DNA from: a virus
Taxonomy: Duplodnaviria; Caudoviricetes
IMG/VR virus record: IMGVR_UViG_2548876794_000003
Location: 32,001 to 96,000 of that record
Direction: 5' to 3' (one strand)
DNA length: 64,000 nt
The position numbers were made by a program, and so were the translations under genes. The notes beneath the pieces were generated by a model. That model had not been told where the DNA came from. It did no database searches and was given only the letters and a program-made list of their open reading frames with translations. Of the stretch, positions 21,187-29,700 are shown piece after piece. The stretch's first letter is position 1. The number at the start of each line of letters is the position of its first letter.

Positions 21187-21606
21187 TTAGGCAGCAAACA
21201 TATCATCGTCGTCGTCCTTATTTTCTTCCTCTGCTTCTTCGGTTTGGTCCTCTTGGCAGAGAGGTTCTTCCTCTGTTGCGCTCGCTTCGCTCGCGCCGTC
21301 GTCGTCGAATAAGTCATCATTGTCGGTGCTATCTGTAGTTGATTCATTAATAGATTCTTCAAATAAGTCATCGTCATCAGACGGATTTAATGTTGCTTTA
21401 AGCTCTACACGCTTCTCATTGATGTTCTTCATGTAGGCTTTTCGTTCTGCTAGTGGGGTACTTACAAGACCTTCGATGATATGCTTTTGCACTGCCATAC
21501 CTTTATCATAGCTCACTTGTAATGCTAATTCATCATTAGATACGCCATTTTGTAGATGTTTTACTACGTCCGTATGCTCACGTTCCTTACGTTGTTTACG
21601 AATCAT
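21187..21606 (-). CDS. Hypothetical protein with acidic DDLF-repeat tail
   Basis: 139 aa ending DDDDDMFAA. Confidence 0.7.
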   Translation of the reverse strand: MIRKQRKEREHTDVVKHLQNGVSNDELALQVSYDKGMAVQKHIIEGLVSTPLAERKAYMKNINEKRVELKATLNPSDDDDLFEESINESTTDSTDNDDLFDDDGASEASATEEEPLCQEDQTEEAEEENKDDDDDMFAA

Positions 21607-21615
21607 TTGTGCTGT

Positions 21616-21897
21616 TTACATCGGGTTAAGTAAGCTGTCGATGTCGAGGTTTCCTACTTTCGCAAGGAAAGTACACTCCTCTTCGTTGAACTTATCAGCG
21701 AATGCGAGTAGGGCGCCTTCACCTAATTCGGCAATCTTCTCTAAGCTTTGCAGTACAGTTGTCTCTGAAAACTTAGCTACGCTTGGTAGCTGGATTGTCT
21801 TATTCGCTAGTGCGAATAGGTGAGGACGGACACGTTCCGCCTCTTTGTTGATTAACGCTGTCGCTTGTTTTTGGTCCATTGTGTTGAGTAGATTCAT
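21616..21897 (-). CDS. Hypothetical protein (MNLL N-terminus)
   Basis: 93 aa, AAGGAG RBS. Confidence 0.7.
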   Translation of the reverse strand: MNLLNTMDQKQATALINKEAERVRPHLFALANKTIQLPSVAKFSETTVLQSLEKIAELGEGALLAFADKFNEEECTFLAKVGNLDIDSLLNPM

Positions 21898-22486
21898 TTC
21901 ATTCGTCTCCTTTTGTATGTTGTCATGGTGTTACTCGCTCGCTGGCGCTCGCTCGTATTTGTTGTATAGAGTGCGCTCGCAAGGGGGCGCGTACCACATA
22001 GTCCCTCGATAGCATACAGAAAAGGTATACCGTCCCATTAAAAAACACTCTGTTAATCAAAACATGGAGCATCTAATAAATAGGGGAGACTACATAGGTA
22101 AAGCGTAAATATCCCTGTGCGAATGGCACCTCCTCGTTAGCGTATCGAGGCGAAAGGCGTGTTGCCCTCCCTTTGGGATAAGGTTAATGCAGATGCTACA
22201 GCCAGTTCTTAGGCTACGTTGCATCGGATAAAAAAGAAAAAGCTTCTTTTATCTATTCGGTAGACGAAGAAATCATCTACTCAATACATAAAAAAAGAGA
22301 GCCGCCGAAGCGACTCATAGGATGTTACAGTAAATCTAATTTCAAAATGACAAATAAAATAATGAAGGGTAACGCAAAGATACCCCATGCAACCGCTTCG
22401 TAAAGTCGGCTAATAAAGAATGCTTTCCATGTTTTTGGCTCTGCAAAGAATTGTTTCATTGTCGTACCCTCCATTTATATAATCAA

Positions 22487-23143
22487 TTAAGCGAACATTG
22501 TATCGTCGTTTGCTTCTTGTTCTTCTTTAGAGAATTCATCTTTAGGAATCGCATCCCACAGTAACTTCATACCGCGGTGTAGGTACTGAGATTCTTTCGA
22601 TGTACCTGCGTGGAACTTGCCATTCTTGTCTGTGTGTAGGCTAAGGCTTCTCACGCTACGTACATTTAATACATCAAAGAATGTAAGGAACAGTTTAGTG
22701 AAGCGGTCCCATAGAAGCAATTCATCTGTTTCAACTTCCTTGCCTTCTAACGTTTTACCTGTTTGAATCCAGTATTTGAATGCCCCGCCATTGAAGTTCT
22801 GCTCTAAAGGGGTAGTGGTAAAGAAATTTGTGATGGCATACTTCGTATCAGCATCTCGTGAATAAACACCTGCTTCTTCATCGTACGTTGTGTTGAAGTG
22901 CTTCTCTAATGCCCAGATTGATGCTTTCAGAATGCTAATGCGTCCAAACTGTTGCGGCTTAGTTTCAACTTCTTTGATGTCTGTACCATCAAATGATAGG
23001 TACGGTAATAATGTTGGGCGGTCTACGAATTTACAACGTTCGCGATCAAAGATCATGATGCCAGTGTTACGGCCGCGTGATGCTACTACGATTTTCACTT
23101 CTAGTTCTGTTTTTGTGTTAGTTAATAAGTTTTTGTTTGTCAT
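22487..23143 (-). CDS. Hypothetical protein with acidic tail
   Basis: 218 aa ending ANDDTMFA; GGGAG RBS. Confidence 0.75.
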   Translation of the reverse strand: MTNKNLLTNTKTELEVKIVVASRGRNTGIMIFDRERCKFVDRPTLLPYLSFDGTDIKEVETKPQQFGRISILKASIWALEKHFNTTYDEEAGVYSRDADTKYAITNFFTTTPLEQNFNGGAFKYWIQTGKTLEGKEVETDELLLWDRFTKLFLTFFDVLNVRSVRSLSLHTDKNGKFHAGTSKESQYLHRGMKLLWDAIPKDEFSKEEQEANDDTMFA

Positions 23144-23314
23144 GATAAGTTATCTCCCTTTACCTCGGCTACATTGCGACTTATGAGGATCTTATATATT
23201 TGTATTAGTGTGATGACGCCAGAAAGCAATGAACGTATGCCATTCACATACGAGATAGTTTAATGACATATCCAGGTCTATGTATGTGGGAGCCGAAGCC
23301 CCCGATATTACAGG

Positions 23315-24154
23315 TTAGAAGCGGAAGCCGTTACCAGCTTTTCCACTGTTGCCGCCAAAGAATCCCATGACTTTGTTTTTAGCATGTGTCATACGTTGTT
23401 TCGCAACTTGGATGTCACGATCTTCACGCACTTGTTTTGCTAAACGTTGTGCTTCCTCGGTAGTAGAGTTTACGACAGCCCCGCCTAAGTCGGACCCCGC
23501 TTTCGATACCGTAGCGGTAAGATTCGCAGTAATCCCTACAACGGACTTTGACACAGGTGTTACAATGCTATTTACTGCAAAGTTAACTGTGTTATTGATG
23601 CCATGTCCTGTAGCGGTAATACTATTTGCTGTGAAGCGACCAAAACCTTTTACGCGACGGTAGTTCTTCATCTTCGCAAATTCTCGCTCTGATACGTCAG
23701 CCATAACAACGATAGGGTGGCCTGTCTCGTTATCAAAACCAACGCTTGTCACAGTGACACGTAGTTTACGCTCAACAAATTCCTTAAATGAATCACGTTG
23801 TTTGATGTTAGCGAACTCTGCAGTCAGTTCTGGGTGCGTTAATTTACCGGCTTTACGTTGTTCAGCACCGTAATCTAAATAGTCTTCGTCTTGTTGAATC
23901 AATGACTCTACACGATGCTGTTCTTCGATACTTGCTTCTAGTCCGAGCATAGTACGTTCGAATTCATCTGTTTCATCAATAACCTCGATGATTTTCATTT
24001 CAAGCATTTTGTTCATCATTTCGTTTTGCTGTTGTTCAGTGGTATTACCACGTTTAGCTAGGAAGTCGCGTACGTCTTGTACGACGTGACGGTTCCCTCT
24101 GAAAAAGATTGGTTGTGAGTTTAAATAGTCGAATGTTGTGTTAATTAAGGCCAT
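23315..24154 (-). CDS. Hypothetical protein
   Basis: 279 aa, AAGGAG RBS. Confidence 0.75.
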   Translation of the reverse strand: MALINTTFDYLNSQPIFFRGNRHVVQDVRDFLAKRGNTTEQQQNEMMNKMLEMKIIEVIDETDEFERTMLGLEASIEEQHRVESLIQQDEDYLDYGAEQRKAGKLTHPELTAEFANIKQRDSFKEFVERKLRVTVTSVGFDNETGHPIVVMADVSEREFAKMKNYRRVKGFGRFTANSITATGHGINNTVNFAVNSIVTPVSKSVVGITANLTATVSKAGSDLGGAVVNSTTEEAQRLAKQVREDRDIQVAKQRMTHAKNKVMGFFGGNSGKAGNGFRF

Positions 24155-24215
24155 GATAATTGGCTCCTTCCAAAATGTGTTTTACTATACCGAGTTAGTT
24201 GAGTTGTGTTCCGCG

Positions 24216-24629
24216 TTATCGTGCAATAAGTGAACGAGCTGCAATACGGCTCGCATGGTCTGCACCTTCATTGTTTTCGCGTGCAATGTACATGATGTCT
24301 TTTAGATTGCGTACGTTTAAGTCACGAATCTTACACCACAGGTCCTCGCAGAATGCGACACCTTTTATTCCTTTAAAAGTGTTAATCACCTCCTTACAGT
24401 CCGATTGAATTACTGCAGCGCAGCCTTCCTTCTTAATAAACTTGCATGCTTCATAGATGGCATATAGTTCGCAATGTCTTGAAGATACTGGGTTTTTCAC
24501 CTTACCTGTACGGCGAATGACTCCTTGCTCTGTATGGACTTCGATTGCCCATCCACCAGCCATCTCTCCTAAGTATTCTAAGTAGCTGCCGTCTGTTTTA
24601 ATGACGGTACGTTCTTTGGTGCTAGTCAT
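24216..24629 (-). CDS. Ribonuclease HI-like protein
   Basis: IKTDGS, CELYAIYEA, IQSDCKEV, ENNEGADHAS supply the RNase H D-E-D-D catalytic set. Confidence 0.85.
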   Translation of the reverse strand: MTSTKERTVIKTDGSYLEYLGEMAGGWAIEVHTEQGVIRRTGKVKNPVSSRHCELYAIYEACKFIKKEGCAAVIQSDCKEVINTFKGIKGVAFCEDLWCKIRDLNVRNLKDIMYIARENNEGADHASRIAARSLIAR

Positions 24630-24868
24630 TATGCCTGAACCCCCAACTCTAAACCGTAACGTTCGTTGAAGTTAATAGCTTCTGCTACTGTTACGCCACC
24701 GTCAATTGATGCAACGATAGGGCGAAGACGAGTAGGGATACCGCCGTCACGAGTTAATGATGTAGCTGGAACAATTACGCGTACGTGTTGTTTTGCGATG
24801 ATAACTGGTGATACGCTCGCTGAACGATAGAATGCTTCTGTTTTAGGTGCTTTGTTTGAAAATTTCAT
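24629..24868 (-). CDS. Hypothetical protein
   Basis: 79 aa, GGAGGAG RBS, TAATG coupling. Confidence 0.7.
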   Translation of the reverse strand: MKFSNKAPKTEAFYRSASVSPVIIAKQHVRVIVPATSLTRDGGIPTRLRPIVASIDGGVTVAEAINFNERYGLELGVQA

Positions 24869-24986
24869 AGTGGTAAATCTCCTCCGACTACTGGGCTCTC
24901 GTCCCTTAAAAGTCGTACAATGGTGAGCGCTTGGCTCATAATAAAAAAGCGCATACCGCCGTTAGGGGTACACGCTGTATAAATAA

Positions 24987-25607
24987 TTAAACTTTTCTTA
25001 AAGAATCAATAAGGTTTGTAATATCGTTAACTGTTAATGCCTTATCTCCTCCAACTACTTCGTTCATATAATTGAACGCACGATGCGTAACGAATGTTTT
25101 TGCTGCTCCATCCACTTCTACTGTTACAACACTGTTCAGATAGCTCATACGATCCATCTCACGAATAAGCGCGATTGCCACCGGTCTCACATCATCTTGA
25201 TTTGAACCAGCAGAGATTCTACATCTCCAGTTAAGTCCTTCTCTATGGAACGATGCTTTCGCTTCATAAGAAACGTCTGGTTCATGCGTAGCATACTTTT
25301 CTTCTAACACATTGAACTGCTCAACAAGTTGGCTGCCTAATGCGACAATTTGGTCGAATAGCTCTGGGATTTCACTAAGATCTAGTTCGACACCATACTC
25401 TGCGTGGTCCACTTGAATTTGACCTGCTTGGCCATCGTTATCGTCCATTGTGATTGTTGCTCCGTTTAGTTCTGTATTTACTTGTAGTGCTGTACCTTGT
25501 TTCTCAACGATCGTGCGAATGCTATTGATTGTGCCTACTGGTTGGAATACGTCGTTTGCTCCAGCGAATAATACTTTGATACCTGCGATTGATGTAGTTG
25601 TTTTCAT
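24987..25607 (-). CDS. Hypothetical protein (likely start MKTTTS)
   Basis: GGAGG RBS before ATG 25607. Confidence 0.65.
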   Translation of the reverse strand: MKTTTSIAGIKVLFAGANDVFQPVGTINSIRTIVEKQGTALQVNTELNGATITMDDNDGQAGQIQVDHAEYGVELDLSEIPELFDQIVALGSQLVEQFNVLEEKYATHEPDVSYEAKASFHREGLNWRCRISAGSNQDDVRPVAIALIREMDRMSYLNSVVTVEVDGAAKTFVTHRAFNYMNEVVGGDKALTVNDITNLIDSLRKV

Positions 25608-25737
25608 GTTAAAAGCCTCCAAAATAGTTTTATAGTTTTTTGTTTTAAAAGATAATGCAATAAAGAATTGTTCTGATAGGGTGAAGCCGACTAGCTTTAA
25701 TTGAAAGCTACTGATTTGAATATTACCGATTTGAACA

Positions 25738-26106
25738 TTATGCAAATTCATAGCGTTTCCCTTCCTCTGAGTTATTTATTCTTTCACGTACTGCAAGGTC
25801 ACGCGCATGGAAATCTTTAATGGCTAATGTAAGCATGTCGTCGAACGTGCATCCTAACATTCTACGAAGCATTACTAAATCTACGACAATCTCCTTATCC
25901 TCGCCTACTAACTGTAACGAACCATTTTGTAGTCCTGGCGTATTGATTGCTTTAATAACTTGTGCGCATGTAGCATCGACATCTGATTCGGTTACTGAAA
26001 GATTGAATTCGTTTTCTGGTTTGTTTTCGCAGTCAATTGTGAAGAAGTCATCTAGGAAACCGCCGTACGTTGTATCTGGGATTTGATGGTATGTTACTGT
26101 AATCAT
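25738..26106 (-). CDS. Hypothetical protein (likely start MITVTY)
   Basis: GGAGG RBS before ATG 26106. Confidence 0.65.
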   Translation of the reverse strand: MITVTYHQIPDTTYGGFLDDFFTIDCENKPENEFNLSVTESDVDATCAQVIKAINTPGLQNGSLQLVGEDKEIVVDLVMLRRMLGCTFDDMLTLAIKDFHARDLAVRERINNSEEGKRYEFA

Positions 26107-26211
26107 TATTAATTCCTCCAAAGAATAAAGGACGCACACTGTACGCCCTCATAGTTTATTTATATTTAATAGGTAGAAACTTTGTTTTAGGGGGGTGGCC
26201 GTTTTCTCGAC

Positions 26212-26481
26212 CTACCCAAAGAAGGCTTGCATATCTTCAACTGCCTTCATTAACTTACGTGAAGATCGCGCGCGATTTATTACTTCAATACCTGTTGTTA
26301 AATCAATGAAGCGTACATCTTGTTTCGCAAACTTCATCACTTTCTTGATTAGGTCCTTTACTTCGTCTGCGCCTAAGCACACTTGCATTTCTGAATTTGG
26401 TACGCATACGTGATATACGTCTAGCTTTGTACCATGGTTTGAATAGGGGTTAGATGCTTTATAGCCTTTTACTGTAATCAT
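26212..26481 (-). CDS. Hypothetical protein
   Basis: 89 aa, AGGAGG RBS. Confidence 0.7.
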   Translation of the reverse strand: MITVKGYKASNPYSNHGTKLDVYHVCVPNSEMQVCLGADEVKDLIKKVMKFAKQDVRFIDLTTGIEVINRARSSRKLMKAVEDMQAFFG

Positions 26482-26668
26482 TTGATTACCTCCTGTGAGT
26501 TGTGTATTGGTTTGTTGTAGTCAGCAACATGGCCAGTCAGTCACGACCAGCCTAATTAACCGTCCGAAAACGTGTGAGTGCTCCTACCCGCGAAGCGGAG
26601 ATTGTTCCGCAAGCAAAGCACTCGGCAATGTTAGTTCATATAGTGGACTAAGCTATATGCTGTTGATT

Positions 26669-26733
26669 TGGTTTGTCATCATCAGATGCAGGGGAACCAC
26701 CTACTGCATGACTGAGTTGCCCCAGTTTCGACC
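26669..26733 (-). ncRNA. Hammerhead ribozyme (type II), cleavage after C26710
   Basis: GGUC-GAAA-CUGGG gcaa CUCAG-UC^AUGCAG(uagguGGUUccc)CUGCAU-CUGAUGA-U-GAC-aAACCA: intact core, stems I-III, and a loop I/3'-tail pseudoknot UGGUU:AACCA; one extra U before stem II. Confidence 0.85.
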
Positions 26734-26734
26734 A

Positions 26735-26878
26735 TTATTTAAATAGCCCGATGATACGGCGGATTGCACGTTTGGCCATCTTGAAGCGGAACACGTTCCA
26801 CATGATGACGAATGGCATTGCCACAACTCCTAGCATGATTAATTGTTTTTCTTCGCTGTTCATTGGTTGGTTGTTCAT
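26735..26878 (-). CDS. 47-aa single-TM peptide (below ORF-track cutoff)
   Basis: MNNQPMNSEEKQLIMLGVVAMPFVIMWNVFRFKMAKRAIRRIIGLFK; GGAGG RBS. Confidence 0.6.
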   Translation of the reverse strand: MNNQPMNSEEKQLIMLGVVAMPFVIMWNVFRFKMAKRAIRRIIGLFK

Positions 26879-26889
26879 TATATATACCT

Positions 26890-27255
26890 CCAGTCGTCGA
26901 GGGCTCTAGTCCCTAAAAACGACATTCATTTCAATTAGTGCGTTCATCATGGTATGTCGGAGACACACATACGAAAGCACGACAAAGAACCCTAACTTCC
27001 TCGAAGTAGGGCACCGCAGCGTAACACTCCCGCAAGAGTTGTTATTTAAAGTGTGCATTGCACACATCAGCCACATATGAAGTATGGGGAGCTTCGTGCT
27101 TGGAGCCATCGTGGTTTTCGATGGCGACGCGAAGCGGTAACACACCTCTAATGCTTGGGACAAATGTGCTGTGTCCATTAAAGTAACAATCATGTGTGCA
27201 TACGAATGCGATTGTAACCTTAATGCACATAGGGGAGATCCCCTACGCACAATAC
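26890..27255 (-). ncRNA. Candidate structured RNA (about 10 consecutive/nested hairpins)
   Basis: e.g. GUGCGUAGGGG/CCCCUAUGUGC, GCCAUCG/CGAUGGC, AGCACGA/UCGUGCU, GUGUGC/GCACAC; G-U pairs favour the minus strand. Confidence 0.5.
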
Positions 27256-27261
27256 TACTTA

Positions 27262-29541
27262 TTAGAATCCGAATAAATCGTCGTCATCTTCATCTTCATC
27301 ATCTAACTCAGCTAGTAACGCTGCTTTACGATCTTCTAAAGTTTCTGCTGCTTCTACAGTTTCTTCTTCGTTATCAGTTGCATCGTCACCAAATAAATCA
27401 TCATTACTGTCATCAGAAACTTCATCTTCGTCATCTGTAGCGAATAGTTCTTCATCGTCTGCAGAGATTTCGTCAGCTTCTTTTGTTTCTTTCTTGCTAG
27501 ATTTGAAGCGGTCTTTAATCATTGCTTTGTTTTCATCTGATTCAGCGATGATGTCGATGATGTTTTCTTCTGCATCACCTACAACTTGAATCACGATACC
27601 AACGTTTGCGTAACCTTTGTTTTTAGAGAATACTGCTTGTACTAAACGAACTTTCTTCATTGAAGCTGGTTCAGTTGTACCATTGAATACGCCATTACGT
27701 TGTTCATCGTTTGATACATTTGAGCTGTATGTGCTAACAGGTAACACTAATGCTGCTTTATTTTCGTCAGCACTTACATCCCAGATAGCAGGGATTGTTT
27801 GGCGATTCTTGTTATCCATGTTTGTTGTATAAAGCTCTTTGCCAGCTTTGAATGTAGCTAATAATTTAGCAACGTTTTCTGTAGCGTATTTAGTGATGTT
27901 GCCTTCTTCATCTTGTGTGTACATTGAATCTTCTTTGAAGTAAGAGCTATCACCTTGTAAGAATAAGATACCTTCTGGTGCTGTTTCGATAGAGCGTTCA
28001 ATGATTTCTTGTGCTTTATCTTGAATGTTACGTTTTGCTACGATACGGAATTTCTGTTCGCCATCTTCATCTAATTCAATTGATTCTTGAATTTCGAATA
28101 CATATTCACCTTCTGGTAAGAAGTTTACGAAGTATGGGTTGAAGCCTTTTTCGTTGAATGTCACAACGTCACCATTTTGGTATGGTAGTTCCTCAACGTT
28201 TGGCGCGATGAATAGTTCATCTTCTGTTACGAATGAAGCTTTGTAGCCTTCAAGGTCAGTTGATTCGTTGTGGATCATTTCAGCGTATAGTAATTGTTCC
28301 TCTGCGAATAGGGCACTGAAAGCAGATGACATTGTGTTTGATTTGTTATCTTCACCATAACGAAGGTCGCCAATTTGACGAGTGATTAATGCTAATTTCG
28401 CTGCATCTACACCAAGTTGAGTTGCTTTTAAACGTACGGCAGCTTTCATGAATTCAGTTAATGGTTTGTATTTTTTAGATACACGAGCACGTACTTCCAT
28501 TGCTTCGTCAGTATCAGAATCAACTAATTGTAATTCATATTTTGTTTCATCGCGTTGAGCACGTTCAATTGCATCGAATTGAGTTAATGTTGATTGTACA
28601 TATGAAGTGAACTCTGGGTTCTCACTTACTACTGCTGCAGCTTCGATAACCTCTGATTTAATGAATGTTGCTTCACGAGCTGTTTCATCAAGGTCGATTA
28701 ATGCATTGTAGATTTCAGTAAGGCTGTATTTCTTGAACTGTTGTTTCAAGTCAGTGAAGATAGCTTTACCTTTTTTATCGTAGTCTAGTTCATCTCGGTA
28801 GAATAATGATACGCGGCTACCAGCTGTTTCTGCATTATCACTTGCGATAGTTAAGAACTGCTCAGTCATTTTTTCTTTGTATTCCGCTTTCATTTCATCA
28901 GTGAATAGCAGTTGTACTTTTACTGAACCTTTGTTAATAGATGCTACTTTATATGCTTTTGATGGGCTTGCGATTACTGATACTTCGTAAGCTTTTTTGA
29001 ATGCGTCAATGTGACGTTGCATATCAATATCGAATACTAAGTCAACATCTGCTAATAATTCGATGATTGTTTTGTCTGTTGCTGATTTGAAGTCGAAGTG
29101 TTCTAACGTTTTCAAGATAGCTTCACGATCTGCGACGTTAAGTTCTGCTTGCTCTACGATTACACCAGAAGCATTAACGAATGATGTTTTCGTACGTTTG
29201 ATAGCTTTGTATTTAGTGATTGTTGGTACAGTGTTATCTTTGTTGAAGATTTCGCCAAGAACACGACGAGTTTCTTCTGTTGCTACAGTGTATGCTTCTT
29301 CTGTGATGCCACGTAATGCTGCGCCGAATTTTAATGTTTCTGCTGCTGCTTTAAGTGCTTGTGACGCGTTTGCTACGATACCGATACCAGCAACTTTAGC
29401 TGATGTTTGTTTAACCATTGTTAATGCTAAGTTCTCTGCAGCGTAACCGAATTTTGATGCACGTTGAGCTTGAACTTCTTTGATGTTTTTAACGAATGAT
29501 GTAGCTGCGAATTGGTTGAATTTGTTGTTTGTGAATGTCAT
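27262..29541 (-). CDS. Putative C-terminal subunit of split YonO/RdRP-type RNA polymerase, with acidic tail
   Basis: N-terminal GIGIVANASQAL and QRHIDAFKK resemble the post-catalytic 'lG.i.n' and 'avD.pK' motifs of cellular RdRP/YonO; AGGAGG RBS. Confidence 0.6.
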   Translation of the reverse strand: MTFTNNKFNQFAATSFVKNIKEVQAQRASKFGYAAENLALTMVKQTSAKVAGIGIVANASQALKAAAETLKFGAALRGITEEAYTVATEETRRVLGEIFNKDNTVPTITKYKAIKRTKTSFVNASGVIVEQAELNVADREAILKTLEHFDFKSATDKTIIELLADVDLVFDIDMQRHIDAFKKAYEVSVIASPSKAYKVASINKGSVKVQLLFTDEMKAEYKEKMTEQFLTIASDNAETAGSRVSLFYRDELDYDKKGKAIFTDLKQQFKKYSLTEIYNALIDLDETAREATFIKSEVIEAAAVVSENPEFTSYVQSTLTQFDAIERAQRDETKYELQLVDSDTDEAMEVRARVSKKYKPLTEFMKAAVRLKATQLGVDAAKLALITRQIGDLRYGEDNKSNTMSSAFSALFAEEQLLYAEMIHNESTDLEGYKASFVTEDELFIAPNVEELPYQNGDVVTFNEKGFNPYFVNFLPEGEYVFEIQESIELDEDGEQKFRIVAKRNIQDKAQEIIERSIETAPEGILFLQGDSSYFKEDSMYTQDEEGNITKYATENVAKLLATFKAGKELYTTNMDNKNRQTIPAIWDVSADENKAALVLPVSTYSSNVSNDEQRNGVFNGTTEPASMKKVRLVQAVFSKNKGYANVGIVIQVVGDAEENIIDIIAESDENKAMIKDRFKSSKKETKEADEISADDEELFATDDEDEVSDDSNDDLFGDDATDNEEETVEAAETLEDRKAALLAELDDEDEDDDDLFGF

Positions 29542-29700
29542 GATAAATTTCCTCCTATGCTAAACCGTTTTGATTTAGCTCCATAAATAATTTTTTAGTT
29601 TAATGTTTGTTTTATAAATAATAAAAAGCCACACAACTGACAGTCATGCGGCAGGTCCATAATACTGAGTGACAATGAAATGATGTTGCTAAACTTACTA

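Noticed and set aside
21995-22095. Group I intron P7 elements (CATAGTCC, GAGACTAC)
   Set aside because: Wrong order and no P/Q elements; just a local stem
29542-29700. Intron joining the two polymerase ORFs
   Set aside because: No group I or II core; contains a terminator-like hairpin and a strong RBS for the second gene
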